DNA of 64,000 nucleotides from Minisyncoccota bacterium (GCA_041662525.1 JBAZSF010000004.1:1190-65189); one strand, 5' to 3'; shown: positions 28,949-38,191, counted from the stretch's first letter. Program-made: numbers and translations. Notes: generated by a model from the letters alone, not told the origin.

Positions 28949-29875
28949 TTATTTTGTACGTATCGTTAGATAGATATCTTCCATCGCGCGGACTGCGTCG
29001 CCGGCTGCGATGAGGTTTTGGTGGTAGTGAATATTGGTGCAATCTCCAGCAGCCCAGATGCCGGGGACTTCTGTTTTCTGGGACCAAGCGTCTATTTTTA
29101 CTTTGCCTATTTCATCTAAAGGCACTAAATCTTTTACGAAGTCAGTATTTGGAATTTGTCCGATTTCTACAAAAATGCCTGTTACTTTCAATTCTTTTTT
29201 TTCTCCAGAAGTTTTGTCTTTGTAAATTAATCCTTCCACGAATTTATCACCTTGGATTTCTAAAATTTCCGCATTTTTAATGATTGAAAATTTTGGATCC
29301 TTAGAGACTTTTTCAATGGTAATTTTTTCAGCACGAAAAATGTCGCTTCGGTTTATAAGGGTAACAGATTTACAGTATGCTAGAAGCTGGGAAGCTGATT
29401 CAAAAGCGGCATTGCCTCCACCTATCACAACTACATCCATATCTGCAAAGAGGGGTCCGTCACAGCTGGCACAATAGGTGAGGCCTTTGTGTTCTAATCT
29501 ATCGGCATTTAGAGCGGTGAGTTTCCTGCGACTACTGCCACTTGTTATTAAAATTGTTTTAGTTTCAAATTCTTCATTTTTTTCTGTCTTGACTAAGAAG
29601 TTCTCGTCTTTTTTAAAAATATTATTTACTCTTGAGCCCTCTTTTACTTCAAGACTTTCTCCCACATAAGATAAGACATGTTCTTTGAAATTTTGAGCCA
29701 GTTCTGCTCCAGAGATAGCAGGAGATCCAATCCAATTGTAAATATGTTCTGAAACCATACTTTGTCCACCCCACTCAGAAATAACTAAAAGCGTCTTTAA
29801 CTTTTTGCGAGCCGCGTAAACGGCTGCGGCAGATCCAGCCGGCCCACCTCCAATAATTATTAGGTCATATATCAT
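28949..29875 (-). CDS. trxB: Thioredoxin reductase / AhpF C-terminal-like oxidoreductase
   Basis: GGGPAG, YCASCDG, IGGGNAA, GIFVEIG and AAGD motifs. Confidence 0.88.
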   Translation of the reverse strand: MIYDLIIIGGGPAGSAAAVYAARKKLKTLLVISEWGGQSMVSEHIYNWIGSPAISGAELAQNFKEHVLSYVGESLEVKEGSRVNNIFKKDENFLVKTEKNEEFETKTILITSGSSRRKLTALNADRLEHKGLTYCASCDGPLFADMDVVVIGGGNAAFESASQLLAYCKSVTLINRSDIFRAEKITIEKVSKDPKFSIIKNAEILEIQGDKFVEGLIYKDKTSGEKKELKVTGIFVEIGQIPNTDFVKDLVPLDEIGKVKIDAWSQKTEVPGIWAAGDCTNIHYHQNLIAAGDAVRAMEDIYLTIRTK

Positions 29876-29913
29876 GATTACTATTATACACTAGGTGTCA
29901 AATCTTTTAAAAT

Positions 29914-29955
29914 AAAAAAAAGACGTCGGTATTCCATCCAATGGAATACCGACGT
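29914..29955 (-). terminator. Intrinsic terminator
   Basis: 15-bp stem ACGTCGGTATTCCAT/ATGGAATACCGACGT with A8 on the + side. Confidence 0.8.
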
Positions 29956-30155
29956 TAAAGAGAATGCATTATTACCACAGGTTCATTGCATATAAGGCAA
30001 GTTTTACCCGTTTTTATGAGAGATGTCTCGTAACAATTATGAGGTGGAAATTCCAATTTCCTCATACATGAACAACAGTGAGCGTAAAATCTCTCATTGT
30101 AAGAACGAATTGTTTGAGTGTCTGAACAACGAGCGCACTTGTTTTCCTCGTTCAT
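29955..30155 (-). CDS. Small Cys-rich (zinc-finger-like) protein, orphan
   Basis: 66 aa with CxxC, CCxC, C and CxxC; SD GAAAGGAGGGG; own terminator. Confidence 0.65.
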   Translation of the reverse strand: MNEENKCARCSDTQTIRSYNERFYAHCCSCMRKLEFPPHNCYETSLIKTGKTCLICNEPVVIMHSL

Positions 30156-30218
30156 AACCCCTCCTTTCAAGTAATAAATTATAACTTTTAAGTAATTTTG
30201 TCAAAAGTATAAAATTAT

Positions 30219-31436
30219 CTATTTCTTATTTCGTCTCAAAAATGCTGGAACAGCGCTCCAGTCATCACCATCATCTTCTATTATTATCTCTTCTTTAGGT
30301 TCTTTCTTTTCTATCTTTTTTATAAAATCATTGTTATGGATATTTGTATTATGTGTATTATGCGTATGATGTAGATTGCTTTGGATACTATTATGTATTT
30401 CTTTTTTTACAACTGCTGGAGTTTCTTCTTTTACAAGTGGGCCTGTCGTTGTTCCGCTAAAAAGACTCTTGCGAGGCGCATCGGCAGGGAAGCTGGTCGC
30501 GATAACAGTGACCTTGAGCTCTCCTTTTTTTAATTTTTCATCACGGATTGTCCCGAAGATTACTTTAGCGTCTTTATCTATTGATTCAGTGATTATTTTT
30601 GCAGCTTCTTGAACTTCGTTAATAGTTAAATCATCTCCGCCAGAGATAGCAAACAACACTCCTTTGGCACCGTGGATAGAAACTTCAAGAAGAGGGGAAT
30701 TGATAGCGGCTAGAGCAGCTTTCTCGGCGCGTTTTTCACCAGAAGCACTCCCAATACCCATCAGAGCTGATCCCGCATTTGCCATTACGGCTTTAATGTC
30801 CGCAAAGTCTACATTTATAATTCCTGGAGTGGTGATAAGATCAGAGATACCTTCTACGGCTTGGCGTAATACATCATCGCATTTTATAAATGCATCTTTG
30901 AAATTAGTATTTTTATCGGCTAATTGAAGTAGCTTGTCGTTTGGAATAATAATGATAGCATCCACTTCTTTAGCTAAGTCCTCGATTCCTTTTTCTGCTA
31001 GTTTCATGCGGTGATTTCCTTCAAAGAAGAAAGGCTTGGTAGTGACCGCTACGGTCAAGATGCCTTGTTCTCGAGCTGCGCGAGCGACGATAGGAGCAGC
31101 TCCTGTGCCGGTACCTCCACCCATTCCACAAGCAAGAAAAATCATGTCTGCTCCTTTGATGACGTCTTGGATTTCAGATTTTGTTTCTTCGGCTGCTTTT
31201 TTCCCGACTTCAGGATCCATGCCAGCACCGAGACCTTTGGTAAGATTTTTCCCAATATGAATTTTTTTCTCAGCGAGAGAGTGATGCAAGTCTTGAGTGT
31301 CGGTATTCATGCAAATAAAGGAAACACCTTTAACCTTAGAATTTATCATATGGTTAACTGCATTTTTCCCTGATCCACCGATTCCGATGACCATAATACG
31401 AGCAAAACTTTGTATTTCTTGATTTATTTTTGGCAT
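30219..31436 (-). CDS. ftsZ: Cell division protein FtsZ
   Basis: GMGGGTGTGAAP, NVDFAD and C-terminal VPAFLR motifs. Confidence 0.98.
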   Translation of the reverse strand: MPKINQEIQSFARIMVIGIGGSGKNAVNHMINSKVKGVSFICMNTDTQDLHHSLAEKKIHIGKNLTKGLGAGMDPEVGKKAAEETKSEIQDVIKGADMIFLACGMGGGTGTGAAPIVARAAREQGILTVAVTTKPFFFEGNHRMKLAEKGIEDLAKEVDAIIIIPNDKLLQLADKNTNFKDAFIKCDDVLRQAVEGISDLITTPGIINVDFADIKAVMANAGSALMGIGSASGEKRAEKAALAAINSPLLEVSIHGAKGVLFAISGGDDLTINEVQEAAKIITESIDKDAKVIFGTIRDEKLKKGELKVTVIATSFPADAPRKSLFSGTTTGPLVKEETPAVVKKEIHNSIQSNLHHTHNTHNTNIHNNDFIKKIEKKEPKEEIIIEDDGDDWSAVPAFLRRNKK

Positions 31437-31502
31437 AATTTTTACTTTAAAATGATTAGGTTTGTATGAAACTATACTAGCACTAGCCCAAAAAAAAGCA
31501 AA

Positions 31503-32666
31503 TTATGGCATCAATTGTTTTAGGTTTGATTTTAAGATGTTTTTTAAGTCTTTAAAAAGATTTCCTAAAGAACTGTCTCTGTAATTGTCGTTGTCTTTAC
31601 CAGAAGTCAAAAGACCAATCGCAGTAAAATAAGATGGGTCACGAAGTTTTGTTTTAGTATTACCAAAAATTTCCATTGCACCAATATTAGATGGAAGTTT
31701 GAGTATTGATTTTGATAATTCTGTTAAAAGGGAAGTGTTTGCGCCACCACCTACGAAGACTATGCCTGCTGGCAAGAGCTCTGATCTTTTTATTTTTTTT
31801 AAATTATTTTCTATTGATTCAAAAATATCACACAGTCTCGCTTCGATAATCTCGTCTAGTTTTTTCTTTGAGAATTCTCCTATATCATTTCCAAGTTTTA
31901 ATGCTTCTGCTTTTTCTAGTGGGATTTTAAAACCGAGAGCAATGTCATTGGTTATTTTGGTGGAACCTATTAAAAAAGTCGTCAATGATACTAATAATCC
32001 ATTTTCAAAAATAGAAAGGGAAGTTGTTTGATCTCCAATGTCAACCAATGCTACGCCTACGATTTTTTGTCGTTCAGACAAAGCGATACTACTGATAGCA
32101 ACCGGGGAAGCTATTACATCTATTGTTTCTACTCCAGCTTCTGCTATGGCTTTGATTAAATCTTCCAAATATAAAATAGAATAAGTGACAAAGAGGGTTT
32201 TAACTTCAAGTTTTGTTCCATACATTCCTTCTAGTCTTCCTAGTACTTCTTTTCCATCAAGTCGAAAAGTCTGTGGAAATATATGAATAATTTTTTTATT
32301 ATTTATATTTAAGTTGTTTTCGCAATCAGCAATGGCTTTATTGATATCGAGAGCAGTTACTTCACCATTGGCTTTTGAGATTATTGTTTCTCCTGAGCTT
32401 ATTTCACTACGCAAGGTCGCACCAGAAAGTGAAACAAAGCAGCGTTTAATTTTTAAGCCAGAAGTTCTTTCCGCCGCTTTCACTGCAGATTTTATTGAAG
32501 TGGTAACGAGAGATGAGTTTACTACATAGCCATGTCGCATACCAAGCGTCATGCTTTCACCCATACCAATAATCTTAGGATTTTTTTCTCCTTTAATGAA
32601 TTCTCCGACTACGACTCGCGTCATGAAGGACCCTACGTCTATCCCTACTGAAATATTTCTTATCAT
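31503..32666 (-). CDS. ftsA: Cell division protein FtsA
   Basis: GIDVGS, VDIGDQTT, ITNDIA and VGGGA motifs; directly upstream of ftsZ. Confidence 0.93.
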   Translation of the reverse strand: MIRNISVGIDVGSFMTRVVVGEFIKGEKNPKIIGMGESMTLGMRHGYVVNSSLVTTSIKSAVKAAERTSGLKIKRCFVSLSGATLRSEISSGETIISKANGEVTALDINKAIADCENNLNINNKKIIHIFPQTFRLDGKEVLGRLEGMYGTKLEVKTLFVTYSILYLEDLIKAIAEAGVETIDVIASPVAISSIALSERQKIVGVALVDIGDQTTSLSIFENGLLVSLTTFLIGSTKITNDIALGFKIPLEKAEALKLGNDIGEFSKKKLDEIIEARLCDIFESIENNLKKIKRSELLPAGIVFVGGGANTSLLTELSKSILKLPSNIGAMEIFGNTKTKLRDPSYFTAIGLLTSGKDNDNYRDSSLGNLFKDLKNILKSNLKQLMP

Positions 32667-33027
32667 ATTTTTCTTCTAATAATTCCATTGTACTACTATG
32701 TTCGAGACCTTTCAAATGAAGCATTCCGTGGATAACTAAAAAGCCCAAAAATTGGCTGAAAGTCCTCTCAAAATTTTTAGCTTCCTTTTTTATAATATCT
32801 GGACACAATATGATTTCTCCTTCTTTTTTACTCAACAGAAAAGATAATATGTTGGTGGGCTTATTTTTGTTTCTATATTTTTTATTTATTTTTTGAGATT
32901 CCTTTTTACTGACAAAAGCAATAGAAAGGGAATATTTTTTACCCAAGATGTCTTCTTTTAAAAGCACAAAAGGCAAGCGAGGAAGCTTGCCTTTTGTTTT
33001 ATTAATTAAAGAAAATTTTTCCTCCAT
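32593..33027 (-). CDS. ybeY: rRNA maturation RNase YbeY
   Basis: INKKYRNKNKPTNILSF, GEIILC and IHGMLHLKGLEH motifs. Confidence 0.92.
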   Translation of the reverse strand: MEEKFSLINKTKGKLPRLPFVLLKEDILGKKYSLSIAFVSKKESQKINKKYRNKNKPTNILSFLLSKKEGEIILCPDIIKKEAKNFERTFSQFLGFLVIHGMLHLKGLEHSSTMELLEEKYDKKYFSRDRRRVLHDASRSRRIH

Positions 33028-33031
33028 GTTT

Positions 33032-33265
33032 TTACTTTGATGCCATTTTACCCAATTTACGAAGTTTTTCTATTTCTTTTCTCCTGCTTATTCTTTTAAG
33101 GGCGCTTCTTTTTAATTTAAGTTTTGATTCTTGTCTTAAATTATAGCGAGAACTTTTAACCTTGCGAACAATGCCTGACTCTTGAATCTTGCGTGAAAAA
33201 CGACGCAAAACACTTGAATTGTTTTCATTTGGGTTTTTCTTTACTTCGATTACTGTTTTTGCCAT
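33032..33265 (-). CDS. rpsU: 30S ribosomal protein S21
   Basis: IEVKKNPNE..SVLRRFSRKIQESG; small basic protein. Confidence 0.8.
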   Translation of the reverse strand: MAKTVIEVKKNPNENNSSVLRRFSRKIQESGIVRKVKSSRYNLRQESKLKLKRSALKRISRRKEIEKLRKLGKMASK

Positions 33266-33324
33266 ATAGATTACACTATCATATAATTGACTCTTTTGTC
33301 AAAAAAAGATAAGATATTTAAATT

Positions 33325-33792
33325 ATGCAACAAGCAGTGGATTATATAACTGAAGAAAAAAAGCAAATGCTTTTGGCAGAGTTGAAAGATTTAAAGGGTC
33401 CAAAAAGGAAAGAAATTTTGCAAAATTTAGAGTACGCTAAATCATTAGGGGATTTATCAGAAAATGCAGAATATCATCAATCTCGTGAAGATCAAGGTAA
33501 ATTAGAGGCGCGTATCGTAAAGATAGAACAGATTTTGCAGTCCTCGCAAGTTGTGTCGGGTGGAGGAGGTGATGTAGTTGAAATTGGTTCTAATGTCATC
33601 GTACAAAAAATCGGTACAAAAGAGGAAAAAAATTATACCATAGTCGGGTCAGAGGAAGCAGATATGACATCAGGGAAAATTTCTAATCGATCTCCTGTAG
33701 GTGTTGCACTTTTTGGTAAAAAGAAAGGTGATGATATTTCATTTCAAACTCCGAACGGCTTAGTCAATTATAAAATCATAAATGTTAGTTAA
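33325..33792 (+). CDS. greA: Transcription elongation factor GreA
   Basis: GDLSENAEY, YTIVGSEEAD and ISNRSPVGVAL motifs. Confidence 0.96.
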   Translation: MQQAVDYITEEKKQMLLAELKDLKGPKRKEILQNLEYAKSLGDLSENAEYHQSREDQGKLEARIVKIEQILQSSQVVSGGGGDVVEIGSNVIVQKIGTKEEKNYTIVGSEEADMTSGKISNRSPVGVALFGKKKGDDISFQTPNGLVNYKIINVS

Positions 33793-33795
33793 TTT

Positions 33796-33836
33796 TTAGG
33801 TGTTGGACACCGAGATTCCAGGTGTCCAACACCTAA
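33796..33836. repeat. Intergenic palindrome, same family as the lepA insert
   Basis: 16-bp perfect inverted repeat TTAGGTGTTGGACACC/GGTGTCCAACACCTAA (GTTGGAC/GTCCAAC core). Confidence 0.8.
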
Positions 33837-33853
33837 GAAAATAAATAATTATA

Positions 33854-35752
33854 ATGTCCTCAATTGATGAAATTAGAGACGTCAGAATAAAAAAACTTGA
33901 ACTTCTAAAAAAGAGGGGTCATGAAGCGTATCCAGCAGATTCTAAAAGAGAAATCTCTCTCAAGGACGCCGTTGATGATTTCGAGAATTTAGAAAAGAGC
34001 AGAGAAGAAAAATGGATTGCCGGCAGGGTGATGTCTATCCGTGGACAAGGGGCAATTATTTTCATTACTTTAAATGATGGCACTGGAACTTTTCAAGGAC
34101 TTCTTAAAAAAGATGTTTTGGGTGATGAAAAGTTTGATTTTTGGAATGAGGTGGTAGACATTGGGGATTTTGTAGAAATACAAGGAACTTTTTTTACGAC
34201 CAAAAGAGGAGAGAAAACTTTAGAAGCCAGAGACTGGCGCATGCTTTCAAAAAGTCTGCGTCCGCTTCCAGAAAAATGGCATGGACTAGTGGATGTAGAA
34301 GAAAGATTTCGAAAAAGATATTTGGATATACTTTTTAATCCTGAAGTTAAGGAAATAGTGGAGAAAAAAGCTATTTTTTGGAATGCCGTTAGAGAGTTTC
34401 ATTTGAAGCATGGTTTTTTAGAAGTGGAAACACCTGTTTTAGAAAATACTACCGGAGGTGCTGATGCCACACCATTCAAAACTCATCATAATGCTTTAGA
34501 CTTAGATGTATATCTCAGAATATCAGCTGGAGAACTTTGGCAGAAAAAATTAATGGCGGCTGGAATTCCTAAAACTTTTGAAATAGGGAGAATCTTCCGT
34601 AATGAAGGAATGTCCCCAGAACATTTACAAGATTACACTCAGTGTGAAGCGTATTGGGCTTATGCCAACTATAAAGATATGTATAAGTTTTTACAGGAAT
34701 GCTATCAGTATGTGGCAGAGAAAACTTTTGGCACTTTGAAGTTTAAAATAAATAATTTTGATGTTGATCTTGGTAAAGAATGGCCTCTTATAGATTACAC
34801 TGAGGAAATAGAAAAACAGACCAAGATAAATATAGAGAAGGCGAGTGAAAAAGAAATTGAATCTAAATTGAAAGAATTAGGTGTGGAATATGAGGCAGAC
34901 AATAAGGCGCGCCTTATTGATTCTTTGTGGAAATACTGTCGTAAGAATATTGGTGGACCAGCTATTTTAATAAATGAACCAAAGATTACTTCTCCTTTGT
35001 CAAAATCTTCTCCTCTTAATCCTAATTTTACAGAACGCTTTCATTTCATCATTGCTGGGTCAGAGGTTGGGCAAGGTTATAGTGAGCTAAATGACCCTAT
35101 TGATCAGTATGAAAGATTTGATAGTCAAGAAAAATTGCGTAAAGCGGGGGACACAGAAGCTCAAATGATGGATAATGATTTCGTTGAAATGCTAGAGCAT
35201 GGAATGCCTCCTACTACTGGTCATGGTTTTAGTGAACGACTTTTTAGTTTCTTGATGAATAAACCGATTCGTGATACTCAAATATTTCCTTTTATGAAGC
35301 CGAAAGATGCAGAAAAGAAAACAGAAAATAAAAAAGGTATGATTGTGGTAGCTGTATTAAATAAAGAAGCCAAAATGGAACCATGGCAAGAATTAAACAC
35401 CGTTGCTCATTTGAATGCGGCTTTTGGTGCTAGAGTGGGGAGGGGAGATTTGTTTTATAGAGATACGATAACTTCCAAAGATAATCATAAAATAAAATTA
35501 AATATCAAAAATGCAATAATGATAAAAACTGCGCCATCTGGCAAAGTGTTGCGTGAATTATTAGAGAAGGCAAAAAAAGCAGAACTCGAAGTGGATGAAT
35601 TTATAAGAGAAATGGTAGAAACAACCAGCGATAAAAAAATTATTGAAATAACCGCTTCTAAAAATTTTGATGAAATTGAACATCTCGGTATTTTAATTTA
35701 TGGACCAAAAAATATCGTTGAGGATTTAACTTCGGATTTTAAGTTATACTAA
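33854..35752 (+). CDS. lysS: Lysine--tRNA ligase (class II) with extra C-terminal DUF2000-like domain
   Basis: LRPLPEKWHGL, FLEVETP, FEIGRIFRNEG, YSELNDP and GMPPT motifs; about 140-aa extension (WQELNTVAHL...GILIYGPKNIVEDLT). Confidence 0.95.
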   Translation: MSSIDEIRDVRIKKLELLKKRGHEAYPADSKREISLKDAVDDFENLEKSREEKWIAGRVMSIRGQGAIIFITLNDGTGTFQGLLKKDVLGDEKFDFWNEVVDIGDFVEIQGTFFTTKRGEKTLEARDWRMLSKSLRPLPEKWHGLVDVEERFRKRYLDILFNPEVKEIVEKKAIFWNAVREFHLKHGFLEVETPVLENTTGGADATPFKTHHNALDLDVYLRISAGELWQKKLMAAGIPKTFEIGRIFRNEGMSPEHLQDYTQCEAYWAYANYKDMYKFLQECYQYVAEKTFGTLKFKINNFDVDLGKEWPLIDYTEEIEKQTKINIEKASEKEIESKLKELGVEYEADNKARLIDSLWKYCRKNIGGPAILINEPKITSPLSKSSPLNPNFTERFHFIIAGSEVGQGYSELNDPIDQYERFDSQEKLRKAGDTEAQMMDNDFVEMLEHGMPPTTGHGFSERLFSFLMNKPIRDTQIFPFMKPKDAEKKTENKKGMIVVAVLNKEAKMEPWQELNTVAHLNAAFGARVGRGDLFYRDTITSKDNHKIKLNIKNAIMIKTAPSGKVLRELLEKAKKAELEVDEFIREMVETTSDKKIIEITASKNFDEIEHLGILIYGPKNIVEDLTSDFKLY

Positions 35753-35762
35753 TTTTTTATTA

Positions 35763-35787
35763 CTCCGCTAGGTCTTTCCTAGTGGAG
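35763..35787. repeat. Short hairpin repeat
   Basis: CTCCGCTAGG-TCTTT-CCTAGTGGAG, near-identical to 25835..25857. Confidence 0.75.
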
Positions 35788-35843
35788 AGAGTTTTAGATT
35801 TATAAATCTACCCTTTTTAATGCCATTTTTATAAAACGAAATT

Positions 35844-35884
35844 AAAAAGAGTCTGGTACCGCTGTAAAAAAGTGCGGTACCAGA
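35844..35884 (-). terminator. Intrinsic terminator
   Basis: TCTGGTACCGC/GCGGTACCAGA stem with an A-run on the + side. Confidence 0.7.
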
Positions 35885-35890
35885 TGATGA

Positions 35891-36274
35891 TCAAATTTTC
35901 CCTGTTTTACTGGTGTTGATTGAGACCACAACACCATCGGGAGAAAAGGTAATACTTACTTGCCTTACCTCCCTTCCGACCAGGCTATTTTTTCTCATCT
36001 GGTCGGTGCTATCCACTCCTCTTGTGGTCAAGGCTTCCCACAAAATGTCATGCTTTTCCTTGACAGATACCCATGTGCAAACTTGGGTCCCGTTATCAGA
36101 TGTTATCTCTTGATCTGGGGGACCAAAAATATTTACTACATCAGCCTTGGTACTAACCCCCTTGATGATGCTGGAAACAGCATCAAGATTGTTGCTTCCT
36201 CTTGTTTCTGTTGTTGTTATACAACCACAACACATAAAAAAGAGAACCATAACAAAAGCAACCGACTTTTTCAT
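35891..36274 (-). CDS. Lipoprotein, SmpA/OmlA (BamE)-like
   Basis: MKK + hydrophobic + CGC lipobox; IIKGVSTKADVVNIFGPP...W...VSITFSPDGVV; SD AGGAGG at 36279-36284. Confidence 0.7.
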   Translation of the reverse strand: MKKSVAFVMVLFFMCCGCITTTETRGSNNLDAVSSIIKGVSTKADVVNIFGPPDQEITSDNGTQVCTWVSVKEKHDILWEALTTRGVDSTDQMRKNSLVGREVRQVSITFSPDGVVVSINTSKTGKI

Positions 36275-36333
36275 ACGACCTCCTAAACGTTTAAAGGTTA
36301 ACAGAGAACTTCTTCTCCTCATCCATCTATATA

Positions 36334-36394
36334 TAAACATATAATTTTTACTTTGTCTAGAGGCTTTAAATTAGTATTTAAAGTTATTCACAGG
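36334..36394. promoter_or_regulatory. Promoter/DnaA-box unit, copy 1
   Basis: TAAACATATAATTTTTACTTTGTCTAGAGGC...GTTATTCACAGG; repeated at 36709..36769. Confidence 0.6.
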
Positions 36395-36400
36395 AGAAGT

Positions 36401-36423
36401 TTGCGGAAGTCGGACTTTCGCAA
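36401..36423. repeat. Short palindrome (GAAG(T/C)C-G-G(A/G)CTT family)
   Basis: TTGCGGAAGTC-G-GACTTTCGCAA; same architecture as 37534..37558. Confidence 0.55.
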
Positions 36424-36439
36424 GATGTTAAAACTGAAT

Positions 36440-36466
36440 AAAAAAAAGGAGGGGAAATCCCTCCTT
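36440..36466 (-). terminator. Intrinsic terminator
   Basis: A-run followed by AAGGAGGG-GAAAT-CCCTCCTT. Confidence 0.7.
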
Positions 36467-36486
36467 GCCTGTTTCTAGGACTTAGA

Positions 36487-36663
36487 TTAAAAACCGGTAC
36501 ATTCGAGAGAACTTCCTTCTTCAGTTAGTTCTCTTTCTGAAATATCAACGTCCTCCTTCGTTGGTATTTCTATTACACAGTCGCCGTCACACATACTCGA
36601 GCAGTTGTTTAACCGCCCAAGTTTGTCGAAATCCTCTCTAAAAGAACTACACCAAACTTTCAT
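36487..36663 (-). CDS. Small acidic Cys-rich protein, 58 aa (not in ORF track)
   Basis: MKVWCSSFREDFDKLGRLNNCSSMCDGDCVIEIPTKEDVDISERELTEEGSSLECTGF; SD GAAAGGAG; upstream promoter repeat; downstream terminator. Confidence 0.65.
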   Translation of the reverse strand: MKVWCSSFREDFDKLGRLNNCSSMCDGDCVIEIPTKEDVDISERELTEEGSSLECTGF

Positions 36664-36708
36664 AGCTTATCTCCTTTCATTTTAAGTATGGAATTTCTTT
36701 TTTACATC

Positions 36709-36769
36709 TAAACATATAATTTTTGCTATGTCTAGGGGCATTTAGTCAATATAAAGAGTTATCCACAGG
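36709..36769. promoter_or_regulatory. Promoter/DnaA-box unit, copy 2
   Basis: TAAACATATAATTTTTGCTATGTCTAGGGGC...GTTATCCACAGG with a perfect DnaA box TTATCCACA. Confidence 0.6.
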
Positions 36770-36776
36770 GGAGGGC

Positions 36777-36830
36777 TTGGAGGTATTTTTATAGTGGTTT
36801 ATAATGTTAACTAGGTGGGAAAAAGTGGGA
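36777..36830 (+). promoter_or_regulatory. dcw-cluster promoter with MraZ-type operator repeats
   Basis: TTGGAG-17 nt-TATAAT (36777-36805); GTGGGA repeats at 36815 and 36825 with 10-bp period, as known for MraZ boxes. Confidence 0.75.
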
Positions 36831-36841
36831 AATATAATTTT

Positions 36842-37276
36842 ATGCTTATCGGCGAATACATACACACAATAGATGAGAAGAACCGAATGTCTTTGCCTGC
36901 AAAGTTTCGCAAGGAGCTAGGTAAGAAAATTATTATCACCCCCGGACTCGGACAATGTTTATTTATTTTTACAAATAAAGAATGGGAAAAGGTGAGTAAG
37001 AAACTTTCTGATTCAGATAATGACCTTTCATTTTTAAAAGCAGATCAAAGAAATTTTAATAGATATATGTTTGGACGAGCAGCAGAGGTAGAGATAGATT
37101 CCATCGGCAGAATTTTAATTCCAGATTTTCTGAAAGAAAGAATCGGACTTAAAAACACAGCAGCCATTGTCGGAGTCAAAGACAGAGTAGAAGTTTGGAA
37201 TGAGAAGAAGTGGTCGGAGGAAAAAGAGTTAGTAGAGAAGCAGGCAGAAGCATTAGCAGAAAAGCTTGCAAAATAG
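36842..37276 (+). CDS. mraZ: Transcriptional regulator MraZ
   Basis: MLIGEYIHTIDEKNRMSLPAKFR, DSIGRILIP and DRVEVW motifs. Confidence 0.96.
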   Translation: MLIGEYIHTIDEKNRMSLPAKFRKELGKKIIITPGLGQCLFIFTNKEWEKVSKKLSDSDNDLSFLKADQRNFNRYMFGRAAEVEIDSIGRILIPDFLKERIGLKNTAAIVGVKDRVEVWNEKKWSEEKELVEKQAEALAEKLAK

Positions 37277-38191
37277 ATGCAAAGCATACACAAGACAGTT
37301 CTTTTAAATGAAACAATAGATGGTTTGAACTTAAGGTCAGATTCTGTCGTTTTGGATTGCACTTTTGGAGGGGGCGGACATAGTATGGAAGTTTTAAAAA
37401 GATTTCCAAAAGCGAAAATCATTGCGCTTGATCAAGATGCTGCTACTTTTGAAAAAGCGAAAGGAAAGTTCAAAGGATTAGAGAACAGAATTACTTTTGT
37501 AAATGGTAATTTTAGAGATTTAGACAAAGTTTTTTCCCCGAAGCCGGGCTTAGGGGAATCAGGGACGGGAGAGATAGACGGAATTATTTTTGACTTAGGT
37601 TTGAGTTCTGACCAATTAGAAAATTCTGGACGAGGATTTTCCTTCATGAAAGATGAGCCATTACTCATGACCATGAAAGAAAACCCTCGGGTAGAAGACC
37701 TTACTGCACAAGACATCGTAAACACATGGAGTGAAAAAAGTTTAGCTGATATTATCTACGGCTACGGAGAAGAAAGATATAGCCGAAAGATAGCAAAGGT
37801 GATAGTAGAAGCAAGAGAGAAGGGGAAGATAGAGACAACTTTTGATCTAGTAAAGATAATTAGCGGGTCAGTTCCGGCAGGATACAGAAGAGGAAGATTG
37901 CATTTTGCCACTAGAACATTTCAAGCATTACGGATAGCGGTCAATGATGAGTTAGGGGTCTTGAAAGATGGGTTAGAAAAAGGATTTAATCAGTTGAAAA
38001 TTGGGGGCAGGATGTCGGTGATTTCATTTCATAGTTTAGAAGACAGGATAGTAAAAAGATTTTATAAAGAATTAGAAAAAGAGGAAAAAGGAAGATTAAT
38101 AAATAAGAAACCCATTTTAGAAAGTGAAAAAGAATTAAAAGATAATCCTCGGTCGAGAAGCGCAAAATTAAGAATTTTAGAAAAATTATGA
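37277..38191 (+). CDS. rsmH: 16S rRNA m4C1402 methyltransferase
   Basis: HKTVLL, DCTFGGGGHS, DLGLSS, RGFSF, FQALRIAVNDEL, ISFHSLEDR and NPRSRSAKLR motifs. Confidence 0.97.
   Translation: MQSIHKTVLLNETIDGLNLRSDSVVLDCTFGGGGHSMEVLKRFPKAKIIALDQDAATFEKAKGKFKGLENRITFVNGNFRDLDKVFSPKPGLGESGTGEIDGIIFDLGLSSDQLENSGRGFSFMKDEPLLMTMKENPRVEDLTAQDIVNTWSEKSLADIIYGYGEERYSRKIAKVIVEAREKGKIETTFDLVKIISGSVPAGYRRGRLHFATRTFQALRIAVNDELGVLKDGLEKGFNQLKIGGRMSVISFHSLEDRIVKRFYKELEKEEKGRLINKKPILESEKELKDNPRSRSAKLRILEKL
37534..37558. repeat. Palindrome in-frame in rsmH
   Basis: TTCCCCGAAGCC-G-GGCTTAGGGGAA encoding SPKPGLGE. Confidence 0.55.

Noticed and set aside
30330-30400. His/Asn-rich stretch in FtsZ
   Set aside because: It lies in the normally variable, disordered C-terminal linker
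32593-32666. 74-nt ybeY/ftsA overlap as a frameshift or pseudogene
   Set aside because: Both proteins have all their motifs; this is a simple C-terminal run-on overlap
36384-36767. DnaA boxes as oriC
   Set aside because: Only two boxes about 375 bp apart, no dnaA/dnaN nearby, and the interval is occupied by a small gene
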